Origin: Octopus vulgaris
Taxonomy: Eukaryota
Assembly (NCBI GenBank): GCA_951406725.2
Contig: OX597835.1
Location: forward strand, 22,258,001-22,322,000
Length of the DNA: 64,000 nucleotides
Reading direction: 5' to 3'
Shown here: piece after piece, positions 27,911-41,355 of the stretch
Numbering within the stretch: the stretch's first letter is position 1
How the letters are laid out: every line of letters begins with the position of its first letter
Program-made: the position numbers and the translations under genes
Notes under the pieces: generated by a model
Databases searched by the model: none
Told to the model about the DNA's origin: nothing
The model's input: the letters and a program-made list of their open reading frames with translations, nothing else

Positions 27911-28104
27911 ATTGAAGGGAGTCTTCCGTTTATTTCAACCGAAACTTTGTGAATGAAACTAGTTAAACGGTGATACGATGTTCCTATTCGTTGTAAACAT
28001 TATGACTTGTTATTCTAACCTGTGGAATAAGAAATCACTTACTTGAAATACAGGTAAGAGTTAGTGACAGGAAGGGCATCCGGCTGTAAAAATCCAGCCT
28101 AATG

Positions 28105-28400
28105 TACGCCCTTTGTCCAAGTCCTGCTCATCTCATCTTCTTTGCCCACTTAATTCTGGGAGGTCCGCAGGGAATAGAGTCCTCAAGCACACATTCCATT
28201 GGGTCCTGTCAGAAGCAACCATCTCCAACTGATCTTGCTGGATCCCCAAATGAGACTAAGCTCACGAATTTTATACAACCATCTTGCTTGGGGTCTACCC
28301 TTGGGTCTTCTGCCGGTTGGTTTTTGCCTGTAAAACCTGTCCAGTTATTCTTTCCTGAGACATTCTTACCACATGTCTGTAATATCAGAGGAGCGGCCTC
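28105..28400 (-). mobile_element. RTE-type LINE ORF2 3' relic (probably continues after the SINE at 28748)
   Basis: YRHVVRMSQERITGQVLQA-KPTGRRPKGRPQARW..GIQQDQLEMVASDRTQW. Confidence 0.75.
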
Positions 28401-28407
28401 TCAATTC

Positions 28408-28738
28408 GTAAGGTGCATGGCTCAGTGGCTAGGGTATTCTGCTCGCGATCGTAAGGTCATAAGTTCAATTCCCGGCGATGCGTTGTGTTCTTGAGCAAGA
28501 CACTTTATCTCACATTGCTCCACTACATTCAGCTGGCAAAAATAAGCTGTACCTGTATTTCAAAGGACCGGCCTTGTCACAAATTGTGTCATGCTGAATC
28601 TCCCTGAGAACTACATTAAAGGTACATATGTATGGAGAGTGCTCAGCCACTTACACGCTAATTTCACGAGCAGGCTGATCCGTTGATCATATCAACTGGA
28701 ACCCTCGTCGTCGTAACCGACGGAGAACCAGTTAGATG
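28408..28738 (+). mobile_element. SINE family E (tRNA head, CORE-like segment, family B 3' tail) with 9-bp TSD
   Basis: tggctcagtgg..agttcaattccc..gtgttcttgagcaagacacttt..ccctcgtcgtcgtaaccgacgga; TSD tctcaattc at 28399-28407 and 28739-28747. Confidence 0.85.
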
Positions 28739-29506
28739 TCTCAATTCAGAACTCTGCTCTGCGTGTAATGCTGCTTCTTATGAGAGTAACAGCTGTAAAC
28801 TGATGGAAGCGATTACATAATTTCTGTTCTTTCGCCATTCATTTATTGATATCATGCTCTGTATTCACCTGACACTTTAAGCATGAATATTGACTTCTAA
28901 CAATTGGTAACTAATACCGTATTACGCGGGCGAAATTATCATTAACGTGTATGTGTGGTTGTGTGTGTGTGTGTGTCTGTCTGTGTGTGTGCATGTGTGT
29001 GCGTGTGTGTGTGTCTCTGTCTGTGCATGTGTGTGCGTGTGTGTGAGTCTGTGTCTGGGTGTGTGTCTGTGTCTGGGTGTGTGTATGTGTGTGTGCATGT
29101 GTGTGTGTCTGTGTGTGTGTGTCTGGGTGTGTGTATGTGTGTGTCTGTGTGTGTGTCTGTGTGTGTGTATCTGTGTGTGTGCATGTGTGTGCGTGTGTGT
29201 GAGTCTGTGTCTGGGTGTGTGTCTGCGTCTAGGTGTGTGTATGTGTGTGTGTATGTGTGTGTGCGCGTGTGTGTGTCTGTGTCTGGGTGTGTGTATGTGT
29301 GTGTGTGTGTGTGCCTTCTAAGCAGTCCAAATTGCTATATGAAGGATGTTCTTGTAGATAAGGATTGTTGAAGTCATCAGCAACAACAACAATAACGCCG
29401 ACGACAGCAACAACAACAACAACAACAGCAAGAGGAATGACAATAATACTCCAGCAACAATGTAGATTCTTATTTGCACAGTCCGTTCAGCTGTATGTAG
29501 ATACCG

Positions 29507-29884
29507 TGGAGGCGCAATGGCCCAGTGGTTAGGGCAGCAGAGTCGCGGTCATAGGATCGCAGTTTCGATTCCCAGACCGGGCGCTGTGAGTGTTTATTGA
29601 GCGAAAACACCTAAAGCTCCACGAGGCTCCGGCAGGGTGTGGTGGCGAACCCTGCTGTACTCTTTCACCACAACTTTCTTTCACTCTTTCTTCCTGTTTC
29701 TGTTGTACCTGTATTTCAAAGGGCCAGCCTTGTCACACTCTATGTCACGCTGAATCTCCTCGAGAACTACATGAAGGGTACACGTGTCTGTGGTGTGCTC
29801 AGCCACTTGTACGTTAATTTCCTGAGCAGGCTGTTTCGTTGATTGGATCAACTGGAACCCTAGTCGTCGTAACCGACGGAGTGA
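29507..29884 (+). mobile_element. SINE family B, full length
   Basis: tggaggcgcaatggcccagtggttagggcag...cgtaaccgacggagtg. Confidence 0.92.
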
Positions 29885-30132
29885 CACGATCTAGGTACCA
29901 AAGCTTGGATAAAAGTCATCATCGTAAGTAAAAGCGACAACGTAATGACGACCGTTTTGTTATTCCAAAGTACAGCTAAAGGTCCTCTCGTGGTTCAGGT
30001 GAGGGCTCTGAAAAGCCCCTATTTAAATCAGTATGGAGAAACTCAGTATTCAGTGGTATACTATTTACCCTATTGAGCAAGCATGGGCAACCTTTCTCGA
30101 GAACTGGGCCGCTTGAAACACGTCTCATGATT

Positions 30133-30362
30133 TCATGTTGCTCCAATTCTCTCATCTGTAGAAATTAGTTGTGACGTCACTGGTGCCAAGCTGTATCGGC
30201 CCCTTTGCTTTACCCTTGGATAACATCGGTGTCGGGGAGAGGGGAGGCTGGTATGCATGGGTGACTGCAGGTCTTCCATAAACAACCTTGCTTGGATTTG
30301 TACCTTGGAAGGGAACTTTATAGGAGCAATCCCAAGGTCATTCATGACCGAAGGGTGGTCTT
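30133..30362 (+). mobile_element. SINE family D fragment
   Basis: Reverse-complement homolog of 1271-1519. Confidence 0.8.
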
Positions 30363-30611
30363 TGTATTTAAACATATATACATATATACATATACAAGCG
30401 TGTATGCGCGCGCGCACACACACACACACACACATACACACACACACACTATACAGTCCTAAATGTGCTTTTCCAAGTGGTCGAAGTTATTACAAGGGAG
30501 ATAACCATGGCTCGTCATCACGCGGGCCACACCATCAAAAGAATTCAAAGTAAGTTTCGTAGACGTGTCATTCAGAAAGTCCTGCGGACCCATGACCGTG
30601 ATAGGGTTACA

Positions 30612-30928
30612 ACATGGCTAAGTGATTAGAATATTCGACTGAAGTTCCTAAGGTCGCGAGTTCGATTCCTGGATATCCGTTGTGTCCTTGAGCAAGACAC
30701 TTTATTTCACATTTCTCCAGTCCACCCAGCCAGCAAAAATGAGTTGTATCTGTATTTCAAAAGCCAGCCTTATCCCATTCTGTGTCATGCTGAATCTCCC
30801 TGAGAACTACGCTAAGGGTACACGTGTCTGTGGAATACTCAGCCACGTGGACATTAATTTCATGAGCTGGCTGTTCCGTTGATCGCATCAACTGGAACCT
30901 TCGTCGTCGTAACCGACGGAGTACCAGT
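30612..30928 (+). mobile_element. SINE family E
   Basis: Homolog of 28408-28738. Confidence 0.85.
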
Positions 30929-31215
30929 TAGATTTACGGTGCTAACCTTTACGCTAAATAAATCTGTAGAGTGACATATATGAATACATTGAACCAATTA
31001 GTTGTGATTCTTTGTATCACGAGTTCAAATCCCATCGGGCAAGGACTGTACTTTTTATCCTACCAGTTGTATATTGGAGTTGTTTCTCAAAGATTAGTGG
31101 TGTGGCACTAAATGTAAAAGCCATTAATATAGAGAGATATACATACGTATAAACACTTAGATATATGGGTGTGTGAATTTATGCCAGATCCAATGAGTGT
31201 ACATAAACATACAAG

Positions 31216-31325
<110 letters not shown>

Positions 31326-31525
31326 GTTTGCATGCATGTATGTCTATTTTTGAATATCTATATATATAACTATCCATATATATATATATGGCTATATACA
31401 GATGTATATATGTTTAATTGTATATTTATGACCGTAATGACGTGCATATTAGTAAATACAGGAGTGTATTCATATACGTATGTCTGTATGTATTCATCTA
31501 TATGAATACATATAAGTGTATGTCT

Positions 31526-31654
<129 letters not shown>

Positions 31655-32517
31655 CAGATAGACCAAAATATATATAGGTATATATACATGCATGCATTAA
31701 ATAAATATTCATATATATACTTATATGTACATACGTACATATATTTATTCACACACACATACAAACGTACATACATGTACACTTACATCGGGTCTCCTAT
31801 GACGACAAATCCAATCCAATTACCCTTGAAAAATTCCCCCAAGACATCGCTGCCATTAGTAATGGTATCAGCCTACCAATTATTTATGCGAAATAAACCC
31901 AAGAATATGGAGAATCGGGTTTCATGTAATGTAAATATCCATACGTATATACGTTCTGCTATACACATCAATTTCTGCTCCTCTGCACTCATACGCAGCA
32001 ACAGTGCAACGATTCTACATCGTACTGGAATACGAGAATCATACAGTATTACTTACTTACTTACTAATGCAACAATCATAGAGCTCTTAAGAACATATAA
32101 ATACATACAGACCCAAAGACAGACCCATGTAAAACGAACACCTACCGACTATTCTGTCTATATATCTGTGCACACCTTTCAACGCCGTGTGTATCACAAG
32201 GTCTGCAAATCTAACAGAGGCCGAAAAAGACATTGTAAGATCTACGAAGATCAGAACTTAACTGCAGCTCTTGGTGGTCCAAAGCAGATATGTAATTTAT
32301 ATGGCTGTCTTTTTAAAACACTGTCTAGCGACATCAGGCGCCATGATAGGTCTTATGTGCGAGTACAAGAGGTGGCCAGACTCTTCAAAGGAGTAGGCAA
32401 CTACAATGTATGTATATAGATATATGTATAAATATGGATATATATTTGTGTATGTGTTTGTGTGTGTGTGTGTGCGCATATATATGTGTACATATGCATA
32501 TATATATATACATATAC

Positions 32518-32574
<57 letters not shown>

Positions 32575-32741
32575 TATATATATAGATATTCAAGAGCAGT
32601 ATAACTTGTTACGTCTCTCTTTCTTTTTAATTCTTCAATGTTAAATTCAAATTTCTAATCACGCCTCATATTTCGAAAGAAATATGAAGAAAGGATTACC
32701 TCCCTTGTAATAACTTCGATCACTTGGGGAAGCATATTTAT

Positions 32742-32795
<54 letters not shown>

Positions 32796-33414
32796 ATATG
32801 CAAAGACCCGCTTCGCTCACGAATGACCATGGTATTGCACGTAGAAAGTTCCCTTCTGAGGTGCAAATCCGGCTAAGATTGTATATGGAAGACCCGCATT
32901 CGGCCCATGCGTACCGGTTTCCCCTCGCAAGAACGCGATCCGTATATTTTATAGCTAAGATATAAAGATAAGTAACAAATCTGATTTTAATCTTTCATTT
33001 TTATGCGATAAAACTGGAAAGAGCAAATATACATGCTATACGCTCCGTACATCCGTTATATACTCTCTCTCTCTCTCTCATTCTCCCTCCCCACCCTCTC
33101 TCTCTCTGTATATGCATATATGTACGTGGGGTGCATGAAATATCGAACAACGGGAAATGTTTTTAATCAGACCAGACTGAAATTTCAAAACAAAATTTAG
33201 TCCTCTACTCATTAGGGAACTCTTATATGCTGACCATTGATGCATCTAAGGTGTAAGTACAAGAGGTGGTCACACTCTGCATAAGGAGTAGACAACCCAC
33301 CATGTCTGCATTATGCATGTATGCATATAACTCCTCCATATATCAAATGATATTTATCTCTCACTGGAGGTTTTTTTTTTTTTGATCATGCCTACGACGG
33401 ATGAAGAAACTATA

Positions 33415-33812
33415 CTCTTTTACTCTTTTACTTGTTTCAGTCATTTGACTGCGGCCATGCTGGAGCACCGCCTTTAGTCGAGCAAATCGACCCCGGGACT
33501 TATTCTTTGTAAGCCCAGCACTTATTCTATCGGTCTGTTTTGCCGAACCGCTAAGTAACGGGACGTAAACACACCAGCATCGGTTGTCAAGCAATGCTAG
33601 GGGGACAAACACAGACACACAAACACACATATATATATATACATATATACGACAGGATTCTTTCAGTTTCCGTCTGCCAAATCCATTCACTAGGCATTGG
33701 TCGGCCCGGGGCTATAGCAGAAGACACTTGCCCAAGGTGCCACGCAGTGGGACTGAACCCGGAACCATGTGGTTGGTTAGCAAGCTACTTACCACACAGC
33801 CACTCGTGCGCC
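33415..33812 (-). mobile_element. SINE family A, full length
   Basis: Family A consensus. Confidence 0.92.
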
Positions 33813-33821
33813 TATATATAC

Positions 33822-33876
<55 letters not shown>

Positions 33877-34072
33877 AACGTTTCAACTGCATGTACTTCT
33901 CGCGCTACTAGTTGCTTCCTGTACGTGCGTACGTTCATCAGGCGTCTGATGAATGTACGCATTATTGGGAAACACATTGGTAGCACGATAAGTACATGCA
34001 GCTGAAATATTTCGTAATATTGAACCCTCACTGGATGGAGGACTCATCGTATTGGCTTTTACGCACTATCTA

Positions 34073-34188
<116 letters not shown>

Positions 34189-34367
34189 TGGTGAGATTCC
34201 GCGCAAGTCTGTCTCCCAGGTTCTATTTATAAGCTATTGGTCACTTCTAAGCATCTGCAAAAGACACTTGGCGAAGATACTACCCAGTAGGATGGAACCC
34301 TGAACCTTGTAGCTGTGAAATGACCATCTTGACCATAAAGTATACATACATACATGTATGTATGTAT

Positions 34368-34761
34368 ACTCTTTTACTCTTTTACTTGTTTCAGTCATTT
34401 GACTGCGGCCATGCTGGAGCACCGCCTTTAGTCGAGCAAATCGACCCCGGAACTTATTCTTTGTAAGCCCAGTACTTATTCTATCGGTCTCTTTTGCTGA
34501 ACCGCTAAGTGACGGGGACGTAAACACGCCAGCATCGGCTGTCAAGCAATGCTAGGGGGACAAACACAGACACACAAACACACACATACATATATATATA
34601 TATACATATATACGACTGGCTTCTTTCAGTTTCCGTCTACCAAATCCACTCACAAGGCATTGGTCGGCCCGGGACTATAGCAGAAGACACTTGCCCAAGA
34701 TGCCACGCAGTGGGATTGAACCCAGAACCATGTGGTTGGTTAGCAAGCTACTTACCTCACA
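34368..34761 (-). mobile_element. SINE family A
   Basis: Family A consensus. Confidence 0.92.
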
Positions 34762-34992
34762 ATAATAATCCTTTCTACTAAAGGCACAAGGCCTGAAATT
34801 TTGTGGGAGGAGGTGACTAATCGACTAATTGATTACATCCCCCAGTGTTTCACTGGCACTTAATTTATCCACCCCGAAAGGATAAACAGCAAAGTCGACC
34901 TCGGTGGAATTTGAACTCAGAACGTAGCGACTGGCGAAATATCACTAAGCATTTCGTCCAGCGCGCTAACCATTCTGTCAGCTCACCGCCTT
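34762..34992 (-). mobile_element. SINE family C with second tail type and (TTA)n end
   Basis: Minus strand: ggcggtgagctgacagaa..gagttcaaattccaccgaggtcgac..aaatttcaggccttgtgcctttagtagaaagg. Confidence 0.82.
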
Positions 34993-35210
34993 ATGTCTTT
35001 CTTATGATAATAACGCCATTTATGTAAGTACGTATGTCGTGACGCAACTGCTGAAAACACCTTGTATTGATCGGCCTCTTTGTTTCACAGAACGTACAAT
35101 GAAGTACGTACAAACAAAACTACAAATAAGCGCTTGACAGGTACAGAACTATCGACATATGCATGTATACATACACCTATAGTCACCTATTCTTTTATTT
35201 GTTTCAGTCA

Positions 35211-35340
35211 TTTGGAAAAATTAGAAGAAAAGTTTTTTAAAAGAATATTTGCATAGTATTCGAATACAAGGAAAATGACACTTGTATTCGAATACTATGC
35301 AAATATTCTTTTGAAAAACTTTTCTTTTAATTTTTCCAAA
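35211..35340. repeat. Fold-back inverted repeat, 60-bp arms, 10-nt loop
   Basis: 35211-35270 is the near-perfect reverse complement of 35281-35340. Confidence 0.92.
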
Positions 35341-35362
35341 ATTTAATTGATTTCCATACTTA

Positions 35363-35398
35363 CAGTTGAAAAAGTCTCAATGACTGAAACCGGTGCTG
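35363..35398 (+). ncRNA. Variant hammerhead-like motif (U3-A8 core), cleavage site apparently mutated
   Basis: cag TTGAAAA agtc tcaat gact GAAA ccgg TG ctg. Confidence 0.5.
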
Positions 35399-35489
35399 AG
35401 ATGTTTTTTTCTAAAATTATTATAGCATTTTCTACCTTGCCTTTTTTTTTAACCATATATATCAACTCGTGTGTTCCTTTTCAACCTTC

Positions 35490-35591
<102 letters not shown>

Positions 35592-35655
35592 GAGTATATA
35601 TAGCGTTTGTAAGAGTCTAGATTGAATTGATATATCGGTTCCATTCTAGCAAAAA

Positions 35656-35693
35656 CTGTCTGATGAACGGCAACGAGAAACTCAGAGTAACAG
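35656..35693 (+). ncRNA. Minimal type I hammerhead motif in a (TA)n-flanked insertion
   Basis: ctgt CTGATGA a cg GCAA cg a GAAA ctcagag TA acag. Confidence 0.65.
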
Positions 35694-35725
35694 ATTTTGT
35701 TGAATTTTCTGCTGCTTAAAATAAA

Positions 35726-35790
<65 letters not shown>

Positions 35791-35799
35791 CATACATAC

Positions 35800-35964
35800 A
35801 TACGATGGACTTCTTTCAGTTTCCGTGTACCAAATCCACTCACAAGGCTTTGGTGAACCCGAGGCTATAGTAGAAGACGCATGTCCAAGGTGCCACGCAG
35901 TGGGACTGAACCCGGAACCATGTGGTTGGTAAGCAAGCTACTTACCACACAGCCACTCCTGCGC
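35800..35964 (-). mobile_element. SINE family A, 5' half
   Basis: Family A head and CORE-like segment. Confidence 0.9.
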
Positions 35965-36125
35965 CTATTCCCACAATGTACGAAAATGTCACGGACGAAT
36001 TTGGAATGTGTACTGTTAAATGGCTTAATGTAGGTTTTTCTTGTGGGTAGTTCCACAGTGGTAGTTTGGCGTATAACGCATTCATCCGTCGCATTTCACT
36101 GTAAGACAAGACATAGGCATACACA

Positions 36126-36510
36126 TGGAAGCACTCCGTCGGTTACGACGACGAGGGTTCCGGTTGATCCGAATCAACGGAACAGCCTGCTCGTGAAATT
36201 AACGTGTAAGTGGCTGAGCACTCCACAGACACGTGTACCCTTAACGTAGTTCTCGGGGATATTCAGCGTGACACAGAGAGTGACAAGGCCGGCCCTTTGA
36301 AATACAGGTACAACAGAAACAGGAAGTAAGAGTGAGAGAAAGTTGTGGTGAAAGAGTACAGCAGGGATCACCACCATCCCCTGCCGGGGCCTCGTGGAGC
36401 TTTAGGTGTTTTCGCTCAATAAACACTTACAACGCCCGGTCTGGGAATCGAAACCGCGATCCTATGACCGCGAGTCCGCTGCCCTAACCACTGGGCCATT
36501 GCGCCTCCAC
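36126..36510 (-). mobile_element. SINE family B, full length with 12-bp TSD
   Basis: TSD aggcatacacat at 36115-36126 and 36511-36522. Confidence 0.93.
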
Positions 36511-37589
36511 AGGCATACACATACATCAAAACAATCACATGCAGGTATAAATTAGAGGTCGCCGAGGGTCGAAGATTATGGAGTAAACCGACACACGTTG
36601 CTTTTAATTTCTTACGCATAATTAAAACCGTTGCTTACGATGAAATGTTTCGCGAATAACCTACAACTCCATTTCAGATACAAGAAGTATATTTTACATT
36701 ACCAGCAAAAGTACATTTTTGTAAAACGTAACCTTTAGCAAAGGAGACAAAAATTCCTTTTAGTTTTATAAATCTCATTTATTTTCAGCTTCGTTTTTCG
36801 ACTCGAAATTTCATATTTTACCACAAAAACTCGCAGGCTATTCTTTCGTTTAAGTTTAAAACATTATTCTCATTTTTGTCATGTCGGCATTTGTGTCATT
36901 TTATTTAGCACACTACAAAAATGTTTTTCACTATTATTTTATTTATCTTTTTATTTTATTTTATTTTATTTTATTATTTTTCTGCCTATTTTTGCAAAGT
37001 GGTGTTCTGAACTCAATGTTTGCATCGCTAACGAGAGAATTCTTCGTCTCCCTCTAGTATTCCAATTACCAATACACGCACACACACACATACACACACA
37101 CGCGCGCGCACACACACACATGTATATATATCCAAAAGAGAAACAAGAATGTAACGGATGACAATGAAAACATACGGACAGATGGATGATACAAGGACGG
37201 ACAGGAAAAGCAGGATGGAACATTCATATCTTTCTATTCATCAGTCAAGATTCCAATTATCGACCTGTTACACTTGAGAGTACCCAAAATTGGTAGGCCC
37301 CAAAAATCTAAGCTAAGGGCATTAAATTTTGGGAAGAAAGCGAGCGAATATGTGCGACAACACGGACAAAAAAAACGAGAAACGGAAAAAATGTTACACG
37401 ATTACAAATACAAACAACAAGAATAAAAACAGGTGTCTTTCGACTAAAAGGACTAAAAGTTAAGTTAAACTGGTATGTGAAGTGGAAGTTTTACAGCAAC
37501 AAACATAAATGAAAGTCAGGAGACAGGAAAATAAGGTGTTGTGCGAGCGAGATATACGATAGACGATAAAGTTCCTTCCTAAGTTATAC

Positions 37590-37795
37590 ATGCAACACGG
37601 AAACTGTCGCGTATATACAGTCCCCCTGGACAGGATGTCAGTTCATCGCAGGGTTACTCACTTTTGCCCGCTGAGCGAACTGGAGAAACGTGAAGTGAAG
37701 TGTTTTTGCTCAAGAACACAACGCGTCACTCGATCCAGTAATCGAAACCACAATCTTACTATCGTGAATCCAACACCCTAACCACTAAGCCACGC
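37590..37795 (-). mobile_element. SINE of the D/E head-and-CORE type with another tail
   Basis: Minus strand: ggcgtggcttagtggttaggg..ggtttcgattac..gtgttcttgagcaaaaacacttcacttcacg; similar head at 56366-56500 (+). Confidence 0.7.
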
Positions 37796-38083
37796 CTCAC
37801 CCCCCCACCCACATACACACATATTGTGATTTTGAACACAGCACGTCCACGGGAGATTTTATTTTGGACAATGACCGCAGTAATTTGCCTTTCAACAGTG
37901 GATATATTCATTAAGTATAATACATAATTAGCTACTTACATCGAATGTTGCTAAGGTCACATGCACCAGATTATTTATTCAACCCAGCGACTATTCGCAA
38001 TATCAGTGGCTGTAATTATTCACTGTTTTTCATATATCGGAGACGACAGATTTCGTCCAGGCACGTGGTTGGCTGCGGCCATT

Positions 38084-38124
38084 CGTCATTGACAAGCCTC
38101 AAGAAGGCCGAAATGCGTCTGATG
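38084..38124 (+). ncRNA. Variant type I hammerhead motif (U3-A8 core)
   Basis: cgtca TTGACAA gcct caaga aggc c GAAA tgcg TC tgatg; stems I and II paired, GUC site. Confidence 0.6.
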
Positions 38125-38642
38125 TTTTCCCTAGCTGCTGCCAAAAACGGCTTTCGTCTCCCTCTGATGTATATTATGTTTTTAACACAGCTCGTCTATA
38201 ACACATTGTATCTCATACGAAAACTGTAGTGTCTTGCCTATCACCGGTATATGTGCACTTAGAATGATACAGAGATTCCTGTTTTAATCTAACACTGCTT
38301 TAGTTGCGTACACCGGATATGTATGTATATATTAATCATGATAGAAAATTTTGTCACTAGTAATGAGGTATCTTTCCTTCATTTATCTATTAATATAAAG
38401 ATGTAAAAATCTGGATTTTCCTAAGGAAATTATAGAATACTGTTGAAAGCTTTTTTATCTTGTTTTTTACAAACAAGATAAAAGGATTTAAGCAGTTTTC
38501 TATAATTTCCTCGCGAAAATCTAGACAACTTCTTTTATATCTCCATATAAATAAATAGTAGATACCTCCTTCTATGTGTGTGTGTGTGTGTGCACATATA
38601 TATGTGTACACAGATACATACATACATACACACACACACACG

Positions 38643-38697
<55 letters not shown>

Positions 38698-39378
38698 AAT
38701 TTGCTATGATGAAATATTATTCAAAGCAACGACTAAAAAGTTTGCCTGCAGAATAAGGAAACATAAACCCGGGAGAAAATAAATTACGAAAACAGTCTTC
38801 AGGGCCCTCAACAACATGATATCAACTGCGGAATGAGAAATACAGTCAAATACGAGCATATTACGTTGGGTTCTATTTTTGAAATAATTCTTCCGAATTA
38901 TCCACCTCCTGGACGAAAAAAATCTCACCTTCATTTACCCATTACTTGATTCAGTCATTGGACTGCGGCCGTGCTGGGGCAGCGCCTTGAAGTGTTTTTG
39001 CTCTAACAAATCGGCATCGATACTTACTGTTCATTCTGGTACTTAATCTATCGATCCCTTTTGCCGAACCATTAATGTTACGGCCAAGTGAACAAACGAT
39101 GTCAAGGTGAGAAAACACACACGCAGACACGAGCACACAGACACGTGCTTGCGCGTATATATATATATATATATATATATAAAGTATTGGGGTTTAGTTC
39201 ACAGGTGATCTAAACGATTAGGTACGCTAGGTAAGTGCTGTAACGGATTACCAGGGCTCCAAGGTTGTAGCCGAGACGGTAGTTATGGAGCCATTGCAGA
39301 TTTCCGATGTAGCGGAAGTATATAATTGTCAAAGAGAAGAACACACCTTAAGGCAAGGCAAGCATCTCAAGTCATACA

Positions 39379-39442
<64 letters not shown>

Positions 39443-39545
39443 GAGTGAGAGAGCAGTTCATGCCATCAAAGTGACACTGGGGTAAAATATACGAAGCCCA
39501 GTATACCCATCATGACTACCCGTCTGATAAGGATACACCAGGCAC
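39443..39545 (-). mobile_element. Probable retroposon 3' end with (TAA)n tail
   Basis: About 100-bp unique segment between (TTA)n tracts; family not determined. Confidence 0.4.
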
Positions 39546-39662
<117 letters not shown>

Positions 39663-40124
39663 AAAAAATTCAAAGTCTTACGGCTGTTTCTGGGAGATAC
39701 CCTTTAATGTGATGCTCCAGCATGGTCGCAGTCAAATGATTGAAACATTTAAAAGGATATATATGCACACACGCACAGATACACACACACACACACACAT
39801 GGTGGTATGGGATATAGTAGAAGACATCGGCCACAGGTCACGCAGTGGAAGTGAACCCGAAATCGCATGGCTGTAACCTCATAGCCGTGTTTGTGCCTAT
39901 TCGGAAGGTTTATTTATTTAACATTTAAATCATTCTACAACTATATATATATACCTAAATTCCCCTGTAATGTGCAGGTCAAATAACTGTCGCGCCACTG
40001 GCTTCGTTTATATTTATATTCATTTTCTTCTCCTTTTACTTACTTCCAAAGATCAAATTGAAAACGTTTTACAGACAAGAAAAATGTATAGAGAATACCC
40101 AAAAAATCTGAGAGGGCGTCTATT

Positions 40125-40447
40125 GGATGGAAGCACTCCGTCGGTTACGACGACGAGGGTTCCGGTTGATCCGATCAACGGAACAGCCTGCACGTGAAAT
40201 TAACGTGTAAGTGGCTGAGCACTCCACAGACACGTGTGCCCTTAACGTAGTTCTCGGGGATATTCAGCGTGACACAGAGAGTGACAAGGCCGGCCCTTTG
40301 AAATACAGGAACAACAGAAACAGGAAGTAAGAGTGAGAGAAAGTTGTGGTGAAAAAGTACAGCAGGGTTCACCACCACCCCCTGCCGGAGCCTCGTGGAG
40401 CTTTAGGTGTTTTCGCTCAATAAACACTCACAACGCCCGGTCTGGGA
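40125..40447 (-). mobile_element. SINE family B, 5'-truncated, with TSD
   Basis: TSD agagg(g/a)cgtctatt at 40111-40124 and 40448-40461. Confidence 0.92.
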
Positions 40448-40761
40448 AGAGGACGTCTATTAAGGGAATAGTGAAAGGAAATTGGTTAAACCTCTTTAAT
40501 AAACATATGTTTTATTCTTTCACTCGAATGGTTTGCTACAAGAATCTGTTTCGAGAAGGATCATTGTCTGAAAAACCTTATACGTCAAAGAAACTTGGAA
40601 CAATTCAATTTAAGACAATGCTTCTGCGCTGCTATGAGGATATATGCGATGGCGATGGCGTTTAAGATGCACTTCAGAAAAACTGGGCATGAGTTAAATC
40701 ATTTAAGTTTTACAAAGGAAAAAAAAACTGCTTCTACACCAGTACATCTACTAGCACGTAC

Positions 40762-40838
<77 letters not shown>

Positions 40839-40897
40839 TTGTGTGTGTTTATGTGTGTGTGTAAATATATATATGTATATGCATATATATGCGTGTG

Positions 40898-40946
<49 letters not shown>

Positions 40947-41020
40947 ATATTAGGGAATAAATCCAAATTTACAGGGAAAAATCAGATTTAGGATTGAATC
41001 CAATTTTATAGTAAAATATT

Positions 41021-41214
41021 ATATAATATTAATTAGAGACAAAACCACTATTTTGCAAATCAAACAAGGAAAGACTTAATCAATACATAAAAAAATTTTA
41101 TTATAAAGTAAATAAATAAATAAATAAATATTTATTTACTTTATATTAAAATTTTTTTATGTATTGATTAAGTCTTTCCTTGTTTGATTTGCAAAATAGT
41201 GGTTTTGTCTCTAA

Positions 41215-41226
<12 letters not shown>
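41021..41226. repeat. AT-rich fold-back inverted repeat, about 100-bp arms, between (TA)n tracts
   Basis: taattagagacaaaaccactattttgcaaatcaaacaaggaaagacttaatc and its reverse complement. Confidence 0.92.
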
Positions 41227-41278
<52 letters not shown>

Positions 41279-41299
41279 AGTATATATATAAAGTATATA

Positions 41300-41353
<54 letters not shown>

Positions 41354-41355
41354 AG

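Noticed and set aside
31688-32419. 243-aa ORF
   Set aside because: It begins in low-complexity TA/CA sequence, ends in a dispersed repeat (similar to 33250-33300) and shows no recognisable domain.
33926-33961. 16-bp hairpin containing CTGATGA
   Set aside because: The inverted repeat is real, but there is no stem II-GAAA-NUH arrangement. The CTGANGA hits at 15229, 37238, 44762 and 49106 are likewise incomplete.
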